From the NCBI GenBank assembly GCA_963704725.1, contig OY969934.1:192001-256000 (forward strand): a stretch of DNA of 64,000 bases, read 5' to 3'. The position numbers and the translations under genes were made by a program. The notes beneath the pieces are model-generated. The model searched no databases. It saw nothing but the letters and a program-made list of their open reading frames with translations, and had not been told where the DNA came from. Origin of the DNA: an uncultured Actinomycetes bacterium. Its GTDB lineage: Bacteria > Actinomycetota > UBA4738 > HRBIN12. Shown here piece after piece: positions 10,004-19,576 of this stretch (position 1 is the stretch's first letter; every line of letters begins with the position of its first letter).

Positions 10004-10158
10004 GGGTCCCTCAGGGTACCCGAACGGGCCGCCCCGGGGCCGAGCGACCTCAACCGGACCTGGCGGGTCGGCGGTCGGGAACCGACTCGCCGGTCGGGCA
10101 GTAGTTGTCTGGTCAGGGCTCGCCGGAGCGGCGCCGCCCGAGCGGGAGGGAGGCCATC

Positions 10159-11421
10159 ATGCGTGGGAAGACCGGGTTCCTCGTTCCGTTGCTGGGTCTC
10201 GTGCTGGCCGCCTGCACGTCCGCGGCGCCCGCCGACCGGAGCGGACCGGCGTCCGTCCCCCGAGAGGTCCTGTCCATCCGGACCCCGAGCGGTCCCGCCA
10301 CGATCGAGGTCCCGGCCGGCTCGGTGCTGTTCGAGCGCGACGGCGCCCTGGCCTCGCCGGACGGGACGCGGCTGTACGCCGCGTCGGTCTTCGGCGGTCG
10401 CACGGTCGTGGAGACCAACGACGCCGTCTCCGGCGAGCTGATCGCCCGAGCCCCGGTCGCCGGCGAGCACGAGCTCGTGGCCGTCTCGGGGAGTGGCCGC
10501 GCGGCCGCGCTCACGGACCCCCTGCCCCGGGGTTGGGATCCGGCCGTGCCGGTGCCCCGGGCGTGGACCTCGATCGTCGTCGCGGATCCTACGGGCGGGA
10601 CCGAGCCGAGGGCCTACCGCCTGCGGGGGAACTTCGAGCCCGAGGCGTTCTCGGTGGCCGACGACCGGCTGTTCCTGATCCAGTTCCTCCCGGCGCAGGC
10701 GCCCGAGGTGTACCGGGTGACGGTGCTCGATCTCCGCCACGGCGACGTGTATCCGGTGTTCGGCCCGTACAAGGGCCCGGCCGAGCGCATGCCCGGCACG
10801 CGGCTCGAGCAGATCCTCTCGCCCGACGGCGCCCGTCTGTACACGTTGTACTCGAGCTCGCGGCCCGGCTTCGCGCCGCACGACGCCCCGGTCCCGGCCA
10901 ACGCCGACGTGTCCTTCGTCCACGTGCTCGACCTGCGCGAGGGGTGGGCCCACTGCGTCGCCCTTCCGAGACAGCTGTGGGACCGCCCCGCCGCCGAGCA
11001 GACCATGGCCGTCTCGCCGGACGGCTCGACGCTGTTCGTGGCCGACGCGGCGCGAGGCGTGGTGGCCGCGATGAACACCGACACGCTCGAGACGCGATAC
11101 GAGACGGAGATCGCGTTCGGCGTCGTCGGGGATGGAGACGCCACGGCCCAGGTGAGCGCCGACGGCGCCACGCTGTTCGTCGCGGGGGGCGGGGGCGCCT
11201 CGACGCTGTTCGCGCTCGACACCACATCACTCCAGATCTCGGACCGGTGGGCGTTCGAGGGCCCCGTCTCGGGTCTTGGGCTGTCGATGGACGGCGAGCG
11301 GCTCTACGTCGCGACGCCGGACCGCGTGGACGTGCTCGACCCACTGACGGGCGAAACCCTGGCCGGCGTGCCGTTCGCGAACCCCTCGCCGATCCTGCAC
11401 CTCGAGCCGATCGCCGGCTGA
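10159..11421 (+). CDS. Lipoprotein with YncE/YVTN-like beta-propeller
   Basis: Lipobox LAAC; repeated SPDG..L(Y/F)V blades; GGAGG RBS. Confidence 0.8.
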   Translation: MRGKTGFLVPLLGLVLAACTSAAPADRSGPASVPREVLSIRTPSGPATIEVPAGSVLFERDGALASPDGTRLYAASVFGGRTVVETNDAVSGELIARAPVAGEHELVAVSGSGRAAALTDPLPRGWDPAVPVPRAWTSIVVADPTGGTEPRAYRLRGNFEPEAFSVADDRLFLIQFLPAQAPEVYRVTVLDLRHGDVYPVFGPYKGPAERMPGTRLEQILSPDGARLYTLYSSSRPGFAPHDAPVPANADVSFVHVLDLREGWAHCVALPRQLWDRPAAEQTMAVSPDGSTLFVADAARGVVAAMNTDTLETRYETEIAFGVVGDGDATAQVSADGATLFVAGGGGASTLFALDTTSLQISDRWAFEGPVSGLGLSMDGERLYVATPDRVDVLDPLTGETLAGVPFANPSPILHLEPIAG

Positions 11422-11470
11422 TCTGCGATCCGGGCTCGCGCCCCCGGGCCTGGTCGCGGAAGATGGCGCC

Positions 11471-12538
11471 ATGCGCCTGCCGGTCATGCCGCCCGTCGCG
11501 CCCATGCTGGCGAAGTCAGTGGAGGACATCCCCACCGGCGATCTCAGCTACGAGCCGAAGTGGGACGGGTTCCGCTCGATCGTGTTCCGCGACGGCGACG
11601 AGGTGGAGATCGGGAGCCGGAACGAGCGCCCCATGACCCGCTACTTCCCCGAGGTCGTCGGGGCCATCACGGCCAACCTCCCCGAACGCTGCGTCGTGGA
11701 CGGAGAGATCGTCGTCCCCGCCCCCGACGGCCGGCGGCTCGAGTTCGAGACCCTCCAGCAGCGCATCCACCCCGCCGCCAGCCGGGTCCGCCTGCTCGCC
11801 GAGCAGACGCCCGCCCACTTCGTGGCGTTCGACCTGCTCGCGCTTGGCGACCGCGATCTCACCCGCGCCCCGTTCCGCGAGCGGCGCGGCGCGCTCGCGG
11901 AGGCTCTGGCGGCGGCCTCGTCGCCGATCCACGTCACGCCGGCCACCACCGACCGGCGCGTGGCCGAGCGCTGGTTCCACCAGTTCGAGGGCGCCGGGCT
12001 CGACGGGGTGGTCGCCAAGCCGCTGGACGGGGTCTACCAGCAGGACAAGCGGGTGATGTTCAAGATCAAGCACGTCCGGACGGCGGACTGCGTGGTGGCC
12101 GGCTACCGGGTCCACAAGAACAGCGTGGACGCGATCGGGTCGCTGCTGCTCGGCCTGTACGACGACCGCGGCGACCTCGCCAGCGTGGGCGTCGTGGGGG
12201 CGTTCCCTATGCAGCGTCGCCGGTCCCTGTTCGTGGAGCTCCAGCCACTGGTCACGTCGTTCGAGGACCATCCGTGGGACTGGGCCAAGCTCGATGCCGA
12301 GGTCCGAACGCCCCGGGCCGGCGAGGGCAGCCGGTGGAACGCGAAGAAGGATCTGTCCTTCGTGCCGCTTCGGCCCGAGCGGGTCGTCGAGGTTCGCTAC
12401 GACCACATGGAGGGACCCCGTTTCCGCCACACGACCCAGTTCGTCCGGTGGCGCCCCGACCGCGACCCGCGCTCGTGCACCTACGGCCAGCTCCAGGAGC
12501 CGGCCGGCTACGACCTGGCCGAGATCCTCGGGGAGTGA
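11471..12538 (+). CDS. ligC: ATP-dependent DNA ligase, LigC type
   Basis: EPKWDGFR adenylation motif, DGE, FDLL, DGVVAK; actinobacterial-type C-terminus RWRPDRDP. Confidence 0.9.
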   Translation: MRLPVMPPVAPMLAKSVEDIPTGDLSYEPKWDGFRSIVFRDGDEVEIGSRNERPMTRYFPEVVGAITANLPERCVVDGEIVVPAPDGRRLEFETLQQRIHPAASRVRLLAEQTPAHFVAFDLLALGDRDLTRAPFRERRGALAEALAAASSPIHVTPATTDRRVAERWFHQFEGAGLDGVVAKPLDGVYQQDKRVMFKIKHVRTADCVVAGYRVHKNSVDAIGSLLLGLYDDRGDLASVGVVGAFPMQRRRSLFVELQPLVTSFEDHPWDWAKLDAEVRTPRAGEGSRWNAKKDLSFVPLRPERVVEVRYDHMEGPRFRHTTQFVRWRPDRDPRSCTYGQLQEPAGYDLAEILGE

Positions 12539-12678
12539 CCTCGGGGTGAACGGTCGGCGGTCCGGGGGTCCGGGGCGGGCCCGGCGAGGCAAACCCCTCC
12601 ATTCGGACGATGCCGCCCGGAACGGACGTGACTAGCATCGCGGCAACGACACGCGTTTGCGCAGGCAGAGGGGGCCCC

Positions 12679-14688
12679 ATGAACGTGGTCGATCGATCGC
12701 GGCGTGCTCGAGCCGGAGCCGGTCGCCTGCTGGCGGCGTGCGCCTTGGCGGCCTCGGTCCTGGTGGCCGCGTCCGGCGCCGCGTCGGCCGCCCCCGGCTC
12801 GGTGTTCGCCTGGGGCGACAACAGCCTCGGGCAGCTCGGCGACGGCACCACGATCGCCCACCGGACACCGGGCCCGGTCGCGATCCCCTCGGACGTCACG
12901 GCCGTCGAGGGCGGCCGGGGCCACGTGCTCGCGCTCCGGAGCGACGGGACGGTCCTGGCGTGGGGGAGCAACGACATGGGACAGGTGGGCGACGGGACCG
13001 TCGTCGACCGTCCCTCCGCGGTCCCGGTGGCCGGGCTCTCCGGTGTCACGCGGATCGCGGCCGGCCACTACCACTCCCTCGCCCTTCGCTCCGACGGCAC
13101 GGTGTGGGCGTGGGGGTTCAACAGCCTTGGGCAGCTCGGCGACGGGACGACCACCAACCGCCGGATGCCCGTGCCGGTCACCGGGCTCACCCAGGTCGTC
13201 GAGATCGCCGGCGGCCGAGACATGAGCTACGCGCTCCGCGCCGACGGCACCGTGTGGGCGTGGGGGCAGAACACGCTCGGACAGCTCGGCGACGGGACGA
13301 CCACCAACCGCCGCACGCCGGTTCGCGTGGGATCCCTCTCCGGCGTCGTCGGGATCGCGGCCGGCCGCGATCACGGCCTGGCCCTGCTCGCCGACGGCAC
13401 CGTGTGGGCGTGGGGGCACAACGCCTACGGGCAGTTGGGGGACGGGTCGACCACCAACCGCCTGTCTCCCGTGGCGGTGCCCGGGCTCAGCCAGGTCGTC
13501 GAGGTGACGGCCGGCGCGCACCACTCCCTGGCCCTACGCTCCGACGGCACCGTCCGCGCCTGGGGACGGAACTACCGCGGCCAGCTCGGCGACGGGACCC
13601 TCACGCAGCGACGATCGCCGGTGCCGGTGCCGGGCCTCGGCGGCGTCGTCGCGCTCGGCGCCGGCCGCGACCACAGCTTCGCAGTGCTCGCCGACGGAAC
13701 GCTTCGGGCCTGGGGCCTGAACGACTTCGGCCAGCTCGGCGACGGCACCACAACGAACCGGACCTCGCCCGTGCCGGTGCCCGGCCCGGCCGGGATCGTC
13801 GAGGCGGCGGGTGGCCGCGACTTCGGGGTCGCCCTCGTCGTCAGCTCCCCCGACGTCGATCCCCCCACCACGCCGGGGACGCCCGCCGGCACGAGCACGA
13901 CCTCGGACAGCATCACGGTCTCGTGGGCACCGTCGAGCGACGCCTCGCCGATCACCTACCGGATCTTCCGTGACGGGGCAGGGACGCCGGCCGGCACGAC
14001 GGCCTCGACCGGCTTCGTCGACACCGGGCTCGCCCCCGGGAGCACCCACACGTACACGGTCCAGGCCGTCGACTCCTCGGGGAACGAGAGCGGTCTCAGC
14101 GATCCGTCCGCGCCGATCACCGTGCTCTCCGGGACCCCGCCGATCTTCGCCGACGACTTCTCCACCGGCGACTTCTCCCGGTGGACCTCGGTGACGCGCC
14201 TGTCGATCGACGCGACGACCGGTGGCGCGGCGCCCCCGAGCGCCCGGGCGCAGGTCGTGTCCCAGAGCGCCTCGGCCTCTCGGATGCTGTCGTCCGCGTT
14301 CCCCTCGATCTGCGCGAGCGTGAACGTGAGCGCGACGTCGACCGGGACCACGACGCTGGCCCTCCTCCGGCTCCGGGCCGCGAGCGGCACGAACGTGATC
14401 CGCGTGTTCGTGAACGGGACGGGCACGCTGTTCGTGAAGTCGGACGTCTCGGGAACGCAGCGGAGCTCGAACGCCGTGCTCGGGGCGGGCTGGCACACGC
14501 TCGAGCTGTGCGGGACGATCGGGACGACGGGCACCTGGAGCCTCTACCGCGACGGCGCGGTCATCGTGAACGCGTGGGTGGTGAACACGGGCACCGCGGG
14601 CATCGGCCGTGTCGACCTCGGCGACACGGCGGCGAAGACCTTCACGGTCAACTTCGACGACGTCCTGGTCGACCAGGCGCCAGGGTAG
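12679..14688 (+). CDS. Secreted RCC1-repeat protein with FN3 and C-terminal beta-sandwich domain
   Basis: Signal peptide; seven 'WG.N..GQLGDGT' RCC1 repeats; FN3-like 'TGLAPGSTHTYTVQAVD..GNES'. Confidence 0.88.
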   Translation: MNVVDRSRRARAGAGRLLAACALAASVLVAASGAASAAPGSVFAWGDNSLGQLGDGTTIAHRTPGPVAIPSDVTAVEGGRGHVLALRSDGTVLAWGSNDMGQVGDGTVVDRPSAVPVAGLSGVTRIAAGHYHSLALRSDGTVWAWGFNSLGQLGDGTTTNRRMPVPVTGLTQVVEIAGGRDMSYALRADGTVWAWGQNTLGQLGDGTTTNRRTPVRVGSLSGVVGIAAGRDHGLALLADGTVWAWGHNAYGQLGDGSTTNRLSPVAVPGLSQVVEVTAGAHHSLALRSDGTVRAWGRNYRGQLGDGTLTQRRSPVPVPGLGGVVALGAGRDHSFAVLADGTLRAWGLNDFGQLGDGTTTNRTSPVPVPGPAGIVEAAGGRDFGVALVVSSPDVDPPTTPGTPAGTSTTSDSITVSWAPSSDASPITYRIFRDGAGTPAGTTASTGFVDTGLAPGSTHTYTVQAVDSSGNESGLSDPSAPITVLSGTPPIFADDFSTGDFSRWTSVTRLSIDATTGGAAPPSARAQVVSQSASASRMLSSAFPSICASVNVSATSTGTTTLALLRLRAASGTNVIRVFVNGTGTLFVKSDVSGTQRSSNAVLGAGWHTLELCGTIGTTGTWSLYRDGAVIVNAWVVNTGTAGIGRVDLGDTAAKTFTVNFDDVLVDQAPG

Positions 14689-14694
14689 GTCCGC

Positions 14695-16302
14695 TCAGCC
14701 GGCCCGGGGCGCTCGGCGCTTGGCCTCGGCCCGGCGCTCGGCCTCCAGGCGCTCGAGATCCACGTCGCTGTAGTCGACGTGGATCATGGCGCCGGCGATC
14801 GCGCGATGGCCGGCCGTGTTCGCGATGAGGTCGTGCATCGTCTGCGCCACGCGCCGATACGTGGGATGTCCCTGCGGGCTCGAGCGCAGCTCGATGAGGT
14901 GCATCGCCTCGCGGGCGCTCATCTGCATCACGAATCGGATCCGGTATGCCATCGACACCGCGTACTGGGCGACGTCCTTGCCGGCCGTGGCGAACAGCGC
15001 CTCCCACGTCGCGGCCGAGTCCTCCATCACGGCGTGCCAGTCGTCGGCGAGCCCGGCCTCCTCGACCTGCGGCGGCGTGTCGTAGCCGTGCATGGGCGAC
15101 AGGCGCTGCCACTCCAGCGTGAGGGGCCGGTGGCGCTGGAGGTCGCGGAACGCCCCGTAGTCGCACAGCACGTCGAACCGATACCCGGTGCGCTCGAACG
15201 CGCGCCCCGGCTTGTGCCGGCGGTTGCCGCGCTCGCCCACGTAGGCGCGCAGGACGTTCTCGCGCTCCTCGGCGCTCATCGTGTGCGCGAGGGACTGGCA
15301 GCGGTCGTCGGGCAGGTCGGTCGAGGCGTACAGCGCCGCCGCGACGACCTTCTCCTCGCCCAGCGGGTCGTACTCGCTCAGCGTGACGACGTCTCGCGCG
15401 CCGGGCTCGATCCCCTCGGTGTACTTCGCGGCCACCTCGAGCATCCGCTCCCGGGTGTCCTCGAGGTAGCGCGACCACGCGAGGCCTCGGTCGGGGAGGT
15501 CGACGCGCCGCAGGAAGGCAGGGATGACCTTGCGGAGCTCGACGAGCATGAGGTCCGCGTACTCGCGCACCTCGGCCAGCGGGTGGGCCCGCATGCGGAG
15601 CAGCATCTGCTCGTAGCTCTGGCCGGTGGCGTAGACGCCGAGGTTCGAGCGCGTCCCCGCCGGCAGGAGGACGCGGAGCGTGTCGCACGTCTTCGCCGTG
15701 ATCGTCGAGCGGTAGAGGAAGTCGGAGTCGGCCGGGTCCTTCGGGAAGCGCTCGGTGAACAGGTCGTACAGCGGCTGGAACATCCGCCCGTAGGTCTCGA
15801 ACGTCCGCGTGGCGAAGCCCTCGTAGGCCTCCGCCGCCGGTGTGCCCTCGATCTCCGGTGGGACGGTGAGTCGCCACCTTCCGCCGGGCCGGTCGTCGTA
15901 GCGCATGTACCGCGTGGACTGCTCGAGGTAGGCGGCGAGCCGGCCCCACTCGATCGCTTTCGCCAGGAGCTGCGAGGCCTGCTCGCACGCAAGGTGAACC
16001 CCGCCGAGTTGCGCGACGGAGTCGTCGCCGAACTCGAAGAAGACGTTGTCGTAGAGCTTCTCGGCGCGCCTCGTGCCCACGGCGCTCGTCGAACCGCCGG
16101 TTCCGACCTCCTCGGCGAACTCGTCGAGGAAGAGGCGTCGCAGCGGCTTGGCCGTGCGCGAATACCGTGCGAAGAGCGCGCCCTTCACCACCTCCGGCAG
16201 GTTGACGAGCGCGAACACCGGCCCCTCGAGGTTGGTGAAGTACGGGTCGAGCCGCGCCCGCTCCTCGGCGGTGTAGTCCTCAGGGACGAACCAGAGGCTC
16301 AC
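14695..16302 (-). CDS. thyX: FAD-dependent thymidylate synthase, long tandem-domain form
   Basis: LEQSTRY and RDLQRHR motifs, 535 aa; GTGA overlap with the pknB stop. Confidence 0.85.
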   Translation of the reverse strand: MSLWFVPEDYTAEERARLDPYFTNLEGPVFALVNLPEVVKGALFARYSRTAKPLRRLFLDEFAEEVGTGGSTSAVGTRRAEKLYDNVFFEFGDDSVAQLGGVHLACEQASQLLAKAIEWGRLAAYLEQSTRYMRYDDRPGGRWRLTVPPEIEGTPAAEAYEGFATRTFETYGRMFQPLYDLFTERFPKDPADSDFLYRSTITAKTCDTLRVLLPAGTRSNLGVYATGQSYEQMLLRMRAHPLAEVREYADLMLVELRKVIPAFLRRVDLPDRGLAWSRYLEDTRERMLEVAAKYTEGIEPGARDVVTLSEYDPLGEEKVVAAALYASTDLPDDRCQSLAHTMSAEERENVLRAYVGERGNRRHKPGRAFERTGYRFDVLCDYGAFRDLQRHRPLTLEWQRLSPMHGYDTPPQVEEAGLADDWHAVMEDSAATWEALFATAGKDVAQYAVSMAYRIRFVMQMSAREAMHLIELRSSPQGHPTYRRVAQTMHDLIANTAGHRAIAGAMIHVDYSDVDLERLEAERRAEAKRRAPRAG

Positions 16303-18056
16303 GCCGTCGGCCCCGTCCCACCGCTGATGCCGGTCGGCCCCGTCGGACCCGTCGGGGGCGGCGCCTCGGCTCCGCCGAAGAGCGTGACCGTGGTCCCGGC
16401 CGGCACCGGCGTGCCGGGGGTCGGGTCCTGCTGGGCCACGCGGTTGGGATTCGGGCACAGCGTGTTCGGTGCCACGGTCGAGTCCGAGATCACGGGGTTG
16501 AGACCAGCACTCCGCAGCTGGGCGGAGGCGGCGCCGAACGGCTGGCAGCGCACGTCCGGAACGGTGACGTTCTCGGGGCCGCTCGAGACGAAGATCGTGA
16601 TCGTGGCGTCCGGTGCGACGTCGGCCGTGCCCTCGGGCGGATCGATGCGCGTGACCAGGTCCTGACCGACCTCGGCGCTCGGCTCAGGCTGGGTCGTGAT
16701 GACGAAGTCGAGGCTGACTGCCAGCAGCGCGGCCTGCACCTCCTCCGGCGTCTGCCCGGTCAGACCGGTCGGGAGCGTCACCGTCCCCGGTTCCTCGACG
16801 ACCGTGAGCGCGACCTCGGTCCCCTCGTCGACCTCCGTGTCGGCCACGGGGTCCTGCTCGATCACCGTTCCGGGCTCGGCGTCCGGCTGATCCACCGGGG
16901 CCGGCACCCGGATCACCTTTTCGTCCGGAACGACCAAGCCCTCCGCCTCCAGGTCCGACTTGGCGGCGTTCAAGCGCTCGCCGACGACGTTGGGGACGAT
17001 CACCGTCTGCGTCTGCTGGCCGTCGTCGTTGTTGTTGTTCAGGAGGTTCTTGGCCAGCAGGAACAGGACGAGCGCGAGGATCCCGAGGATCAGCAGCGTG
17101 ACGAGCACCGGGATCCACCAGCGCGAGCGCGGGGGCTCGGGCTGCTGGGTCGGTGGGAGCACGGCGGTTCGGCCGGCGGCCTCGCGCGAGATCACCTGCG
17201 TCGAGCCCGCGTCCACGGGCAGCAACGGGGTGGCCTCGACCGGCATGCCGCGTCGCACGCGCTCCAGATCGGAACGGAACTCCGCGGCCGTCTGGTAGCG
17301 GTTGGCGGGGTTCTTCGCCATCGCTCGCAGGATCACGGCCTCGAGGTCGGCCGACACGTCGCGGTTCAGGCGGGAGGGCGGGGTCGGCTGCTCGAGGACC
17401 TGCTTGGACGCCACCGTGACCGGTGAGTCGCCCAGGAACGGCGGCCGCCCCGTCACCATCTCGTACAGGACGCAGCCCAGCGAGTAGATGTCCGAGCGTC
17501 CGTCCACCGGCTGGCCCTGGGCCTGCTCCGGGGAGAGGTACGACGCCGTGCCCAGCACGGCGGCGGTCTGCGCCACGGTCTCCGCCGTCGTCACCATCCG
17601 GGCGATCCCGAAGTCCGTGACCTTCACGTCGCCGCGCTGGTCGAGCATGATGTTCCCGGGCTTGATGTCGCGGTGGATCACGCCCTGCGCGTGGGCCGCC
17701 TCGAGCGCCCGGCACACGTCCGCCGCGATCTCGATGGCGCGGTCGGGCATGATGCGGCCGCCGCCCGTGAGGAACTCGGCGAGCGTCTTGCCCTCGACGT
17801 ACTCCATGACGATGAAGTGCACGCCGTCGTCGGAGCCCGTGTCGAAGACCGAGACGAGGTTCTGGTTGCTGATGCGCGCGGCGGCCTGCGCCTCCCGGCG
17901 GAACCGCGAGACGAAGTTGGGGTCGTCGGCGAACTGCGGCGCAAGGATCTTGATGGCCACCGCCCGCCCCAGGACCGTGTCCTCGCCGCGGTAGACCTTG
18001 GCCATGCCGCCGCGCCCGAGCTCGTGCTCGACGCGGTAGCGCCCCCCGAGCGTCAC
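16299..18056 (-). CDS. pknB: Ser/Thr kinase with PASTA domains
   Basis: GRGGMA, HRDIKPGN, DFG, SPEQ; TM helix; three PASTA-like repeats; start may be the ATC at 18068. Confidence 0.95.
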   Translation of the reverse strand: MTLGGRYRVEHELGRGGMAKVYRGEDTVLGRAVAIKILAPQFADDPNFVSRFRREAQAAARISNQNLVSVFDTGSDDGVHFIVMEYVEGKTLAEFLTGGGRIMPDRAIEIAADVCRALEAAHAQGVIHRDIKPGNIMLDQRGDVKVTDFGIARMVTTAETVAQTAAVLGTASYLSPEQAQGQPVDGRSDIYSLGCVLYEMVTGRPPFLGDSPVTVASKQVLEQPTPPSRLNRDVSADLEAVILRAMAKNPANRYQTAAEFRSDLERVRRGMPVEATPLLPVDAGSTQVISREAAGRTAVLPPTQQPEPPRSRWWIPVLVTLLILGILALVLFLLAKNLLNNNNDDGQQTQTVIVPNVVGERLNAAKSDLEAEGLVVPDEKVIRVPAPVDQPDAEPGTVIEQDPVADTEVDEGTEVALTVVEEPGTVTLPTGLTGQTPEEVQAALLAVSLDFVITTQPEPSAEVGQDLVTRIDPPEGTADVAPDATITIFVSSGPENVTVPDVRCQPFGAASAQLRSAGLNPVISDSTVAPNTLCPNPNRVAQQDPTPGTPVPAGTTVTLFGGAEAPPPTGPTGPTGISGGTGPTA

Positions 18057-18084
18057 CGGCTGCTGGATCGCGGACTCCCCCTCG

Positions 18085-19575
18085 TCATCGGCCGAGCGCG
18101 GCCTCCAGGACCGCCTTCGCGATCGGCGCGGCCACCTGGCCGCCCGTCGCCTCGCTGCCAAGGCTACCCCCGTTGAGGACGATGACGGCGACCGCCAGCT
18201 GTGGAGATTCCGCGGGGGCGAAGCACGTGAACCAGGCGTGCGGGGGCTCGCCCTCGCCGTGCTGGGCGGTCCCGGTCTTGCCGGCCACGGTGACCCCGGC
18301 GATCTGCGCGGCCGTTCCCGTGCCGGCCTGCACGACGGAGACCATCATCTGCGTCAGGGCGGCGGCGTTCGTGGCCGAGAGCGGCTGGGAGAACACCTCC
18401 GGCTCGAACGACCTGATGACCCGGCCGCTCGGGTCGCGGATCTCCGTGACCAGCCGAGGGCGCATCAGGACGCCGCCGTTCGCGATCGCCGAGGAGACGA
18501 GCGCCATCTGCAAGGGGTTCGCCGCGACGTCCTGCTGGCCGATCGCCGAGATGGCCACGGCCGGCTCCCGCTGCGCGAACGTCTCGGGCGCCGGGAACAC
18601 GCCGGAGACCCACGGGATGTCGAACGGCACCGCGTCCTCGCCGGCCTCCGCGGTGAACCCGTACTTGCGCGCCTCGGCCGCGAGGCGGTCCGCCCCGAGC
18701 TCGAGCCCGATCCCGCCGAACACCACGTTGCACGACTGACGGAGCGCCTCGGCCAGGGTGATCTCCGGTCCGCCCGAGCACGTCGAGCCGCCGAAGTTCT
18801 GGATCGTCGCGTCCGTGAGGGGGAGGTCGAGCTCGTGGGGGTTCGGCCAGCTGCTGTCGGGCCCGAACCCGTTCTCGAGTGCCGCCGACGCCGTCACGAG
18901 CTTGAACGTCGACCCGGGCGGGAACAGCTCTTCGCTGGCGCGCGAGACGATCGGCTTCTCGGGATCGGAGGTGAGCTCGTCCCACGCCTCGCGCACGCTC
19001 TGGCCGTCCTGCGCCGCAAGGAGGTTGGGGTCGTACGTCGGCTCGGCCACCAGCGCCAGCACGTTGCCCGTCGAGGGCTCGACGACGGCGATCGCCACGT
19101 CACCCGATTCCGCGGCGGCGGCCTCCTCGGCGGCCGTCTGGATCACCGGATCGATCGTCGTCACGATCGTCCCGCCCTGCTTGTCGCGGCCGAGCACCAG
19201 ATCGGTGAGCGTCTGCGGGAACAGCTCGGCCGCGTCGCCGGCCAGGTAGCTGTTGAACGACTGCTCGAGGTCCCGGCGACCGAAGATGAACGAGTAGTAG
19301 CCGGTGACGTGCGCGTACCGAGGCCCCTGCGGGTAGCGCCGCTGGTACCGCAGCAGGCCCGAGCTCCGGCGGCTCGACGCGAGCACGGTCCTGCCGTCGC
19401 TGGCCAGGATCGATCCGCGATGGACGGCGTACTCCGCCTTGAGCTGACGGGTCGCGTTGGCCGAGTTGTTCTCGAGGTCGTCGGACGCGAACACCTGGAT
19501 GTAGTTGATCTGCGCGAGCAGGATCAGGAACAGGACGATGAGCCCCACCCCCAGCCTGCGGATCTGGCGCTCCAC
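18085..19575 (-). CDS. pbpA: Class B penicillin-binding protein
   Basis: PGSTFK (SxxK), SCN (SxN), KTGTA; position in the rodA-pbpA-pknB cluster. Confidence 0.93.
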   Translation of the reverse strand: MERQIRRLGVGLIVLFLILLAQINYIQVFASDDLENNSANATRQLKAEYAVHRGSILASDGRTVLASSRRSSGLLRYQRRYPQGPRYAHVTGYYSFIFGRRDLEQSFNSYLAGDAAELFPQTLTDLVLGRDKQGGTIVTTIDPVIQTAAEEAAAAESGDVAIAVVEPSTGNVLALVAEPTYDPNLLAAQDGQSVREAWDELTSDPEKPIVSRASEELFPPGSTFKLVTASAALENGFGPDSSWPNPHELDLPLTDATIQNFGGSTCSGGPEITLAEALRQSCNVVFGGIGLELGADRLAAEARKYGFTAEAGEDAVPFDIPWVSGVFPAPETFAQREPAVAISAIGQQDVAANPLQMALVSSAIANGGVLMRPRLVTEIRDPSGRVIRSFEPEVFSQPLSATNAAALTQMMVSVVQAGTGTAAQIAGVTVAGKTGTAQHGEGEPPHAWFTCFAPAESPQLAVAVIVLNGGSLGSEATGGQVAAPIAKAVLEAALGR

Positions 19576-19576
19576 G

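Noticed and set aside
12539-12678. GGGGTGAA and GGCAAACC words suggesting a c-di-AMP or c-di-GMP riboswitch
   Set aside because: The other conserved elements of either aptamer are not visible; a Rfam covariance scan would be needed.
12800-13830. Regularly spaced nucleotide repeats (CAGCTCGGCGACGG...) resembling an array
   Set aside because: They are in-frame RCC1 repeats with a period of about 150 nt, not CRISPR repeat-spacer units; no cas genes are present.
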